Source: Bacteroidota bacterium
Lineage (GTDB): Bacteria; Bacteroidota; Bacteroidia; 2-12-FULL-35-15
DNA length: 64,000 bases
Direction of reading: 5' to 3'
Assembly (NCBI GenBank): GCA_023251835.1
Contig: JAHEXZ010000015.1
Coordinates: forward strand, 25,568 to 89,567
The position numbers and the translations under genes are program-made. Each line of letters opens with the position of its first letter. Positions within the stretch are counted from its first letter, which is position 1. Shown piece by piece: positions 44,513 to 52,804 of this stretch. The notes below the pieces were generated by a model that had not been told where the DNA came from, did not search any database, and was given only the letters and a program-made list of their open reading frames with translations.

Positions 44513-45940
44513 CTATCTTGACTTTGAAAAATATTTTTTTGTTTCATTAGCGGCATTTATTCCTGTAACAATTGCTCCTTCCATACAAGGCATCTCTATC
44601 TCACTACGTATCCAGTCGCCAGCGAGAAAAAGGTTTCTGAAATGTGTTCTCGTTCTTGGTCTGAATTTTACTGTGCCTGGTTCGGTGAGCAGGTAACGTT
44701 CGTGATTTGCTTTGTTCCTGTTGAAGGATTCATGGATGATTCCAGCTTTTCTCGGGTCTTTTGCACCTGGAACTTTGAGAAACGCATTGAAAATTATTTC
44801 TTTTAGTTCATCATCCGTTTTATTTTCGAAAGATGTTTCCTGTCCTACCCATTCAAGAGCAGAACCAATTCCTGGATTATTTTTATACTCGTCCTTAATA
44901 GTTTTATAATCCGCAACACTTCCCATTGGTTCATCAAGTCCATTAATAGTGACAGTTCCGGTTGGCATCACGGATTCTTTTGTCCATACCTGGTAAGAAA
45001 GTGAAACTACGGTTCGCAGATTTTCTATGCTCTTAAACCCATTCCAGAAAAAAGAATCACCCCAGTTCAGTTCCCTAAAGCAATCAGGAGGAATTGCCAG
45101 GATAAGTGCATCTATATTATTTATCTCCTGAATAGAATCCTGTATAACAGGTACAACATCTTTCCACGGTATTGTTCCATATCCATGAATTTTAGCATCC
45201 GGATCACCGATTTTTATACCTGTTATCTTTTGTCCGTCATGGATAAGTTCTGTAAGTTTTTTTTTAATAAAAATTTTTCCTCCAAGTTTTTCAAAATAAT
45301 CTGTAAGCGGTTTAATAATGTTTTCACCATATGTTCCGTTTATGTAAAAATATTTACCCGTTCCAACCGCTTTTCTCACACCCATCAGGGTTAAATAGGT
45401 AGATATTTCATATGGCCAATTGAATGCGGCATCCTGTGAAAAACGAAACCATCTCATCTTTGTTATTTCTTTGTCCATGCCATGTTCAAGTGCCCAGGCA
45501 GTATAACATATATCATCATATTTTTCAATATCCATATCAAGATAAATTGTTTTCGCATTCTTTATCCCGAAATTAGTTATTTTCCTATAGGTGTTAAATG
45601 GGTAAGGTGGATTGGGAATTCGTAAATCAGGAGCAATGGAATGAACTTTTCCCGTGCTTTCTTCATAACATAAATTTATTCTTTTATTTGAAACCAGAGT
45701 CTTTTTTTCTTTCACTCCAGCTCGTTTCAACATTCTTCTCATATTGGTATACGGAGCAAACAGGCCATGCAAGCCATGGTCAATATTAAAACCTTCCGCA
45801 TCGCGCCATGAAGTCGCGCGACCACCCAGGTGATGCCCCATATTGTATAGCCTTACATCAGCATCTTTCATCTCTTCCAGAATTTTGATTCCGGCAGCAA
45901 TTCCGGCAAGCCCTCCTCCTATGATAACCACTTTTTTCAT
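44513..45940 (-). CDS. FAD-dependent oxidoreductase (amine oxidase / phytoene desaturase superfamily), no own signal peptide
   Basis: Contains KKVVIIGGGLAGIAAG and GGRATSWRD..GFNIDHGLH. The C-terminus has LAGDW. Confidence 0.7.
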   Translation of the reverse strand: MKKVVIIGGGLAGIAAGIKILEEMKDADVRLYNMGHHLGGRATSWRDAEGFNIDHGLHGLFAPYTNMRRMLKRAGVKEKKTLVSNKRINLCYEESTGKVHSIAPDLRIPNPPYPFNTYRKITNFGIKNAKTIYLDMDIEKYDDICYTAWALEHGMDKEITKMRWFRFSQDAAFNWPYEISTYLTLMGVRKAVGTGKYFYINGTYGENIIKPLTDYFEKLGGKIFIKKKLTELIHDGQKITGIKIGDPDAKIHGYGTIPWKDVVPVIQDSIQEINNIDALILAIPPDCFRELNWGDSFFWNGFKSIENLRTVVSLSYQVWTKESVMPTGTVTINGLDEPMGSVADYKTIKDEYKNNPGIGSALEWVGQETSFENKTDDELKEIIFNAFLKVPGAKDPRKAGIIHESFNRNKANHERYLLTEPGTVKFRPRTRTHFRNLFLAGDWIRSEIEMPCMEGAIVTGINAANETKKYFSKSR

Positions 45941-47079
45941 TCGGATTTCAATTTGAATTTATCGAAATAAAAACCTACCAATTCCTGATAACCCTTTCCA
46001 TTTGTACTGTTTTTCCCGGAAGATTTTTCATTTACTACCACTTTGCATGGACCTTCCCAGAAATAATTGTAAAAGAGAATAGGCATCTCGTGGTCGTCCC
46101 ATTGGGGAGAAATATGAAGCTCGTATCCCCATTCCGGAATATCCAGCGTCCATTCGACCGGATATTTAATATTTGTTCTCGGACTTTCCCATATTCGGTG
46201 AGATGATGCGTTAATGGTTTTATACACACTGGTTTTTCCATTCTTGTCAAGTTGTGTTACCGACTGAACAAGAATTTTTCCAGTTAAAATATTTTTAACA
46301 ATATACAGATTCAGCGCGTCACCATTGTCAAGTGTAATTCCCCACCAACACCAGCGTAGGTTTTTGTTGGGCCAGGGCTTTCCCCATTGATGGTCATACC
46401 ATACCACGCCTTTCAAATCATGAAAAGAATCATCCGCTTTGAGTTTTCCGATTGAACCTAATTGCGGGTAAGAATAATAGTAAACATCCTGCGAACGCTT
46501 TATTCCGATGAGTCCGGTACCATCAAGAAGCAGAGGTTTTGAAGAATCGGGAAGCGACATAAGAAGTGAAAGCACAAGTGAATCATTATTGATTACAAAT
46601 GAATAACTTCCTTTTTGTTTTTTCAAAATGCTGTTGTCGTAATTCAAATCAAGCGGTGCTCCCGGTTTTTCATTTGGGCCTTTTGGATACGTAAAAATAT
46701 TTTTCTTTCCTGCTATCGGAAGCGATAGAGGCGACAGTGATTTATCAAAAATATAATTGTAATAATTTTTTCCGGTATTCAGGTTGGTAATCTTGTATGT
46801 GAGGTATCTTTCTCCAAGACCACGGATAAAACTGGCATAAAACGACCAGGCGTATTTTGAAGAATCGGTTTCGTAAAGATACCCGTAGTAATACCACCAT
46901 TCCATAGATTTATAGGTATGAATTTCCTCTTCATCAACGGGAGAAAGAATTCGTTTTCCCTCACTGTTGTAAACTGGTTCTTTTTTATTCAGGAAGTAAG
47001 GATAACATGAAGTCAATAAAATCATAAGCAGGCTTATAGCCAGCAAAAATTGTAAATATATTTTTGAAAATGATTTCAT
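45937..47079 (-). CDS. AttH/CrtC-like (hydratase-fold, lipocalin-like) lipoprotein
   Basis: Has the lipobox LLTSC. MEWWYYYGYL and VVWYDHQWG are motifs typical of the CrtC/AttH family. It overlaps the downstream gene by 4 nt. Confidence 0.6.
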   Translation of the reverse strand: MKSFSKIYLQFLLAISLLMILLTSCYPYFLNKKEPVYNSEGKRILSPVDEEEIHTYKSMEWWYYYGYLYETDSSKYAWSFYASFIRGLGERYLTYKITNLNTGKNYYNYIFDKSLSPLSLPIAGKKNIFTYPKGPNEKPGAPLDLNYDNSILKKQKGSYSFVINNDSLVLSLLMSLPDSSKPLLLDGTGLIGIKRSQDVYYYSYPQLGSIGKLKADDSFHDLKGVVWYDHQWGKPWPNKNLRWCWWGITLDNGDALNLYIVKNILTGKILVQSVTQLDKNGKTSVYKTINASSHRIWESPRTNIKYPVEWTLDIPEWGYELHISPQWDDHEMPILFYNYFWEGPCKVVVNEKSSGKNSTNGKGYQELVGFYFDKFKLKSE

Positions 47080-47088
47080 GAAATTATC

Positions 47089-47619
47089 TTACTCTCTCGA
47101 AATTTTTTCAACTGCGTCAATAATTTTTACGTAACCCGTGCATCTGCACAAATTTCCTTCCAGCCATTTTTTAATTTCATCTCTTGTGGGGATTTCGGAT
47201 TTCGCCTTTCCGGTAGTCTTATGAGAATTCTCGTACCGATTCATCAATCCCTTAATCGACATTGCCATTCCTGATGTACAGAATCCACATTGTACCGCCC
47301 CATTTTGAACAAGTGCATGCTGCACTTCATCTAATGAACCATCGCTTTTTGTCAATCCTTCAATGGTTGTGATTTCTTTTCCGTTTGCATTCACGGCTAA
47401 AAATAAACAGGAGTTTATTGGAGCGCCATTCATAAGCACTGTACAGGCACCACATTCACCTTCATTGCAGCCCGGTTTTGTTCCTTTGAGTTCAAAAACA
47501 TCGCGAATCACATCCAGCAATACGGCTGAAGGTTTTACTTCACAGGAAACTTTTTTTCCGTTGAGCACGAATGAGATTTTATGCAGCGACCCATTTTCCT
47601 TTTTTATTTTCTGTACCAT
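47089..47619 (-). CDS. [2Fe-2S] small subunit (CoxS/XdhC-iron-sulfur type) of an XDH-family enzyme
   Basis: Contains CNEGECGACTV, QCGFCTSGM and NLCRCTGY. Confidence 0.88.
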   Translation of the reverse strand: MVQKIKKENGSLHKISFVLNGKKVSCEVKPSAVLLDVIRDVFELKGTKPGCNEGECGACTVLMNGAPINSCLFLAVNANGKEITTIEGLTKSDGSLDEVQHALVQNGAVQCGFCTSGMAMSIKGLMNRYENSHKTTGKAKSEIPTRDEIKKWLEGNLCRCTGYVKIIDAVEKISRE

Positions 47620-47637
47620 CGTAAATTATACTTTTTA

Positions 47638-48225
47638 TCATTTTGAATAATATTCCCTGCCCATCCTGAATGCTGACATAGTTTTTTCCCTGTGATAATC
47701 CATCACTGTATTCTGAATTGCTTTTTCAATTGTTTCCGCAGTGAACGGAAAATTCATCATCTTTGTGGCTCTTCCAAGAAGGAGAACGTTGTATAAAACG
47801 GAATCAACATTCTCAGGAATAGTTTTAACAAATACAACCTCTTTGCATTGTTCTTTCAGGTAATCTGCAAAAGAATTTACGTCAGGGTATTTAGCAGTTT
47901 CGGAATTTACCGAATAAGGTGCAATTTGATAGTTACAGAAAATTATACTGCTATTTTTATGCAGGTATGGGATACAACGTTGTGTTTCGAGTGGTTCCAG
48001 CCCAATAAGAAAATCAACATTGGCTTTTCCGATAAATCCAGTATTGTATTTCCCTAACCCAATGCCGGCAGTTACAATTCCTCCGCGCTGTGAAAGTCCA
48101 TGAATTTCGCTCACACTAACAGGAATATCTGAAATAACTGCCGCCTCTGCCAGAATGTTTGTTAGATATACTATTCCCTGCCCACCTACACCAGCCACAA
48201 GAATCTTATTTATTTTGTTTTTCAT
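47638..48225 (-). CDS. iorB: Indolepyruvate:ferredoxin oxidoreductase beta subunit
   Basis: 195 aa. Contains ILVAGVGGQGIV and GLSQRGG. Confidence 0.8.
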   Translation of the reverse strand: MKNKINKILVAGVGGQGIVYLTNILAEAAVISDIPVSVSEIHGLSQRGGIVTAGIGLGKYNTGFIGKANVDFLIGLEPLETQRCIPYLHKNSSIIFCNYQIAPYSVNSETAKYPDVNSFADYLKEQCKEVVFVKTIPENVDSVLYNVLLLGRATKMMNFPFTAETIEKAIQNTVMDYHREKTMSAFRMGREYYSK

Positions 48226-48296
48226 GTAAACTTTTTAAGCCAGGTTAATGCATTGCGTTCATTACTAAAAATCATTGAAGGATAATATTTTTTTTC

Positions 48297-51200
48297 TTAT
48301 CGTTCCACTATTTCCCATCGTATCGCATTATTCGGACAAACATCTATACATAAACCGCACAATGTACAGCGGCTATAATCTATTTTTATTTTTCCGTTCA
48401 CTTTTACCATTGCAGGACAACCGAAATTATCTATGCAGTGATTACATTTCATACAGGATTGGTATAGATTAAAACGTTCAAGAGCTCTTCCTAAATTCTG
48501 CCCTTCTGAGAGAACATTAACACGTGTCTCTCCCCACTTTGTCCGAAAGGACTCGTTCGGAGGGGAGAGCTGGAGAGGGGTGTTATTCAATTTCTCTAAT
48601 GCTTTTTCTCCTTCATAATCATGCTGATAATTCTCCAAAAGTTTTCGTACTCCAACTGCGGCTTTTTTCCCGGATGCAATTGCACCAATTACGCTCATAT
48701 TGTTTCCGGAAGAAATATCTCCGGCAACAAAAATGTTTTTGTATCCTGAAAATCCTTTATCATTTTTAATTCTTCCCTGCATATCTATTTTTTCTTTTCC
48801 TATCTTTTCAAAAACAGGTTGCTCGCTTTGTTGTCCAATAGCAGTGATTATATAATTACATTCTAATTTTTTCAGAAATTCCTTTTTGACGAATGAGTGA
48901 AGGTTGATTTCTATTTTTTTCGAGGAAGAAACAGAACACTCAGTTACAAAACTATCATGAATAAATTCAATATCTTCTGCAATAGCATGATTGACTTCTT
49001 CTGCAAAAGCGGGCATTGTTTCTGCACTTTCAACGCAGGATACTATTACTTTATTATGAGGGTTTAATTTTTTTGCAGAACGTGCGGCATCAATAGCACT
49101 ATTACCTCCACCAATTATAAGAATAACAACACTTTCTATATCATCCCTGAAAGGGAGGGCCTTGGTGTTAAATGCTTTTAAAAATGAGAGTGCATCAAGT
49201 CTTTTTTCAAAGGGAATATTTTTTTCAATAACATCCAAAGTCTTTGACTTGCCCATGCCGATAGCAAGAATAACAGAATCAAACTCATCCGAAAGTTTTT
49301 CCAATGTAAAATCTTTACCGAGTGATTTATTAAAATGAAATTTCACACCTATTTCTTTCAGCTGCATCGCTTCAAAATCAAAGCCCGTTTTGTCCATCCT
49401 GAAATCCGGAATGGCAAATGTTACCATACCTCCTGCTTTGTTTTCTTTTTCAAAAATTTCTATACTGTATCCTGCCTGTGCTAAGTCATAAGCTGCGCTT
49501 AACCCGGCAGGGCCTGCACCAATAATGGCAACTGATTTATTCAGACTTGCCGAATTTTTTGCTCTTGATTTAGGTAAAGTGAAATCGTGAAAATTTTCAT
49601 CAATGGACGAAACAAATTTTTTCAATGCTTTAATAGGCACTGCTTCTTTCTGTAATGAAAATAATTCACATGGACGATGACATATATCTCCACAGGTTCT
49701 CGCGAAAAGCATTTTATCTCTCACAATTTCCACTGCCGATTTGTAATCTCCTTCAAGAATTGAATTGAAAAATCCATGGTTACAAATATTCGCAGGGCAT
49801 AATTGTTCTTCCCCTGCAATGGAAACTTCAGCAAACAATTTTGCGCGGGCGCGTGATAAATTATTTTTTGGAGCATAACCGCGGGAGCAGGCAAGCGAAA
49901 CATCTTCATGATTAGCGCAGGTATTGCAGAGATTTTCATCCACCACAATTTTCATTTTTTTATTTGTTTTTTCCTTGAAATCAGGAAGAAAAATGCAGGG
50001 TGCTTTTGAAATAATTACTGAAACACCCTTGTGCGACATAGCTTTATTTAATTTTACAAATCCATCACGAATATCAAATGGATTGAAGGTCTCTACCACT
50101 TCTATTCCCATACCTTTCAGCAATGGTGCTATTTCTATTTCGTGGTATTTTGGTAAATGTTGTGAAGCTCCGGGATGTGACTGATGTCCTGTCATACCTA
50201 TCGTACGGTTGTCAAAAATCACCACAAGAATATTGGCGCGCGTATAAACGGCATTCACCAGCGAGGTAAGTCCCGAGTGAAAAAATGTTCCGTCACCAAG
50301 CAATGCCACAACTTTTTTCCCATTCTGTGAATGATGAAATGCTTCATATAACCCTTGCGCCATGGAAATGCTCATGCCCATGTGATTGATGGTATCAATC
50401 ATTTTCAGGGGAGGCAGCGCTCCAAGACCGAAACAGCCTATGTCTCCGCACATCAGCAGTTCGCCCTGCTCTCTCGGTATTGCAAGTTTCAGTAAATAAA
50501 AAGTTGCACGGTGCGGACAACCGGAGCATAGAACAGGCGGGCGGGGAGGAAGATTTTGTATATAATTTTCAGAGTTATCTAGAATACGATTTTCTTCCTT
50601 GTTGATAGAAATATTCAGGAAATCTTCTAACACTTTTGTGATAATGTCAATAGAAAATTCTCCTGTTGGAATAAGCACTGAAAATCCTTTACCTAAGATT
50701 TCAGATTTATTTTTATTTTTTTGTGCAAGCGTACGAACAGCATTTTCAATAAAGGGGTCTAATTCTTCCAGCACCAAAATTTTTTTTAAATTTTTTTCCA
50801 GAAAATTCAACACTTCTTGTTCAGGAAAAGGATGAATCATTCCGAGTGAAAGAATATTCACTTTATCTTCAATAGTATGGTGATGTAAAATTTCATTCAG
50901 GTATGCTGTAGAAACTCCGCTTGTAATTATTCCGAATTGGGTTAAATTTCCCCTCTCCAAAGGAGAGTTTTTAAGGGTGAGATGTTTACTGTTCTCAGAA
51001 AGTAAATTTAGAACAGCTTTACTTTTCAGTTTATCAAGCAAACGCGTATGTGCTGTTGCTGTTCTTGCCGGAATATTTATATGTTCGGGAATACGGTCAA
51101 ACTTTGCTGAGTGATTTTCATAATTTATTTTTCCGTAGTTGATAACACTCCTCGAATGAGAAACGCGTGTTGTAGTGCGAACAATAACTGGTAATTTTAG

Positions 51201-51746
51201 TTCTGCTGAAAGTAGAAATGCCTGTTTTGTCATTTCTTTTGCTTCATCAGGTGTAGCCGGATTAAAAACCGGTACCGAAGCCATAGGCCCCCAGTATCGG
51301 GAATCCTGCTCATTTGAGCTGGAGTGACAGCCGGGGTCATCACAAATCACTATTACCAAAGAACCCATAATTGTTTGGTAAGTAATACTCATCAGAGCAT
51401 CACTGGCAACATTCATTCCTACATTTTTCATTACGCACATAGTGCTTTTATGTCCGATGGAAAATGCAATAGCTTTTTCAAGAGCTATTTTTTCATTAAT
51501 ACTGTATTCAAAATAAATTTTGCGAGCAGTTTGTTCTGCGTATTTTTCTTCGTGTTCTGATTTATTCTGAAAATCGTTGACATATTTGAATACTTCCGAA
51601 ATTTCTGTAGATGGAGTTCCTGGATAAGCAAACACACCATTCACCCCTGCTTCAATTGCCCCGCGAGCAATTGCTACGTTTCCCATCACACAACGTTTTT
51701 GAGGGTGACTATGCGATGTAAGTATTTCAATGGTTTGACGAAGCAT
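48297..51746 (-). CDS. iorA: Indolepyruvate oxidoreductase alpha subunit carrying an internal GltD-like NAD(P)H flavoprotein module
   Basis: 1149 aa. Residues 1-600 are the IorA TPP core (GDIGC, GDGTFFHSG). Residues 640-1040 are GltD-like (CPANICNHGFF...CGDICHRPCE, VAIIGAGPAGLSAA, IIGGGNSAIDAA, FVAGDI). Residues 1098-1140 are a 2x[4Fe-4S] ferredoxin (CMKCNHCIDNFGCP, CTLCGLCIDVCP). Confidence 0.85.
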   Translation of the reverse strand: MLRQTIEILTSHSHPQKRCVMGNVAIARGAIEAGVNGVFAYPGTPSTEISEVFKYVNDFQNKSEHEEKYAEQTARKIYFEYSINEKIALEKAIAFSIGHKSTMCVMKNVGMNVASDALMSITYQTIMGSLVIVICDDPGCHSSSNEQDSRYWGPMASVPVFNPATPDEAKEMTKQAFLLSAELKLPVIVRTTTRVSHSRSVINYGKINYENHSAKFDRIPEHINIPARTATAHTRLLDKLKSKAVLNLLSENSKHLTLKNSPLERGNLTQFGIITSGVSTAYLNEILHHHTIEDKVNILSLGMIHPFPEQEVLNFLEKNLKKILVLEELDPFIENAVRTLAQKNKNKSEILGKGFSVLIPTGEFSIDIITKVLEDFLNISINKEENRILDNSENYIQNLPPRPPVLCSGCPHRATFYLLKLAIPREQGELLMCGDIGCFGLGALPPLKMIDTINHMGMSISMAQGLYEAFHHSQNGKKVVALLGDGTFFHSGLTSLVNAVYTRANILVVIFDNRTIGMTGHQSHPGASQHLPKYHEIEIAPLLKGMGIEVVETFNPFDIRDGFVKLNKAMSHKGVSVIISKAPCIFLPDFKEKTNKKMKIVVDENLCNTCANHEDVSLACSRGYAPKNNLSRARAKLFAEVSIAGEEQLCPANICNHGFFNSILEGDYKSAVEIVRDKMLFARTCGDICHRPCELFSLQKEAVPIKALKKFVSSIDENFHDFTLPKSRAKNSASLNKSVAIIGAGPAGLSAAYDLAQAGYSIEIFEKENKAGGMVTFAIPDFRMDKTGFDFEAMQLKEIGVKFHFNKSLGKDFTLEKLSDEFDSVILAIGMGKSKTLDVIEKNIPFEKRLDALSFLKAFNTKALPFRDDIESVVILIIGGGNSAIDAARSAKKLNPHNKVIVSCVESAETMPAFAEEVNHAIAEDIEFIHDSFVTECSVSSSKKIEINLHSFVKKEFLKKLECNYIITAIGQQSEQPVFEKIGKEKIDMQGRIKNDKGFSGYKNIFVAGDISSGNNMSVIGAIASGKKAAVGVRKLLENYQHDYEGEKALEKLNNTPLQLSPPNESFRTKWGETRVNVLSEGQNLGRALERFNLYQSCMKCNHCIDNFGCPAMVKVNGKIKIDYSRCTLCGLCIDVCPNNAIRWEIVER
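48464..49946 (-). other. Inserted GltD-like module within iorA (about residues 601-1095)
   Basis: Lies between the end of the TPP domain and the C-terminal ferredoxin domain that normally follows it directly. Confidence 0.65.
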
Positions 51747-51828
51747 TGTTCTTTTTGTGCAAGATTTAATTTGTGCTATACTTCGACTGAATGACCCCGA
51801 TAGCTATCAGGGCAGCAAACGCATTCGC

Positions 51829-52800
51829 TCAGTATAAATTAGTAAAATTTGGTACTTTGTTACCCAAAAAAACAGTTTCCTGTTGTATAATTTTCAATAT
51901 TGTTGACAGAATTTTATCCCCACCAGAATTTCCATCCACCCAGTGAATTTTAAATCCGTTTTTTTCCATCCTACGAAACCATGTCATTTGTCTCTTGGCG
52001 AATTGATGAATGGCTGTATTTAATAAGGAAAACATTTCATTGTATTTTAATTCTCCCTGTAGAAACATAGTCAGAAATTTATATTCTAAACCGTAATTTT
52101 TGAGTTGATTTGATGAAATACCTTTACCAAGTAATTCTTTCACTTCATCAATCATTCCTTGTTCAAATCTTCTCTTTAATCGCTGCGTAATCTTTTGCCT
52201 GAGAAGATTTCTTTCCATATGAATACCGATAACTCTACTGTTTATCTTAGGAAAATCATTTTTTAAATTGGGGTTGTTGATATTATAATGTTCAATCTCA
52301 ATTGCCCTGAGAACTCTGTTGATATCATTTGAATCAGTTGCATTATGTAGTTTGCGCATTCCTGATAGTATTATTACAAGTTCTTCCAGACTTTTCCCTT
52401 GCAGATGCTCCCTTAATTGAGAATTTACAGGAACATCAACTAACTTGTATCCTTTTAAAACTGCTTCAAGATACAGTCCTGTCCCTCCACACAGAATCGG
52501 TACATTACCACTTAAAGTGATTTTCTGATAAGCCGACAAAAATTCATTTTGATATTGATAAACACTAAATTCTGTTCCTGGGTCAGCGATGTCAATCAAG
52601 TGAACAGGAATTTTTTTGTTGTGAACTATATAATCATCAAAATCTTTTCCGGTACCAATATTCATTTCTCTGTAAACCTGGCGGGAATCTGCGCTAATGA
52701 TTTCACCATTTATCCGGTATGCCAGACCGGTCGCAATTTTTGTTTTCCCGGAAGCCGTGGGGCCAAGAATGGTTATCATATTGGTAGTTGGTGAAATCAT
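51829..52800 (-). CDS. miaA: tRNA dimethylallyltransferase
   Basis: Contains ILGPTASGKT, ISADSRQVYREMNIGTGK, HLIDI and CGGTGLYLEA. Confidence 0.85.
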   Translation of the reverse strand: MISPTTNMITILGPTASGKTKIATGLAYRINGEIISADSRQVYREMNIGTGKDFDDYIVHNKKIPVHLIDIADPGTEFSVYQYQNEFLSAYQKITLSGNVPILCGGTGLYLEAVLKGYKLVDVPVNSQLREHLQGKSLEELVIILSGMRKLHNATDSNDINRVLRAIEIEHYNINNPNLKNDFPKINSRVIGIHMERNLLRQKITQRLKRRFEQGMIDEVKELLGKGISSNQLKNYGLEYKFLTMFLQGELKYNEMFSLLNTAIHQFAKRQMTWFRRMEKNGFKIHWVDGNSGGDKILSTILKIIQQETVFLGNKVPNFTNLY

Positions 52801-52804
52801 GTAT

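Noticed and set aside
48275-48472. The small plus-strand ORF 48275..48472 in the iorA/iorB junction, considered as an independent gene.
   Set aside because: Most of it is antisense to the conserved ferredoxin domain of iorA. Its translation is low-complexity and has no motif.
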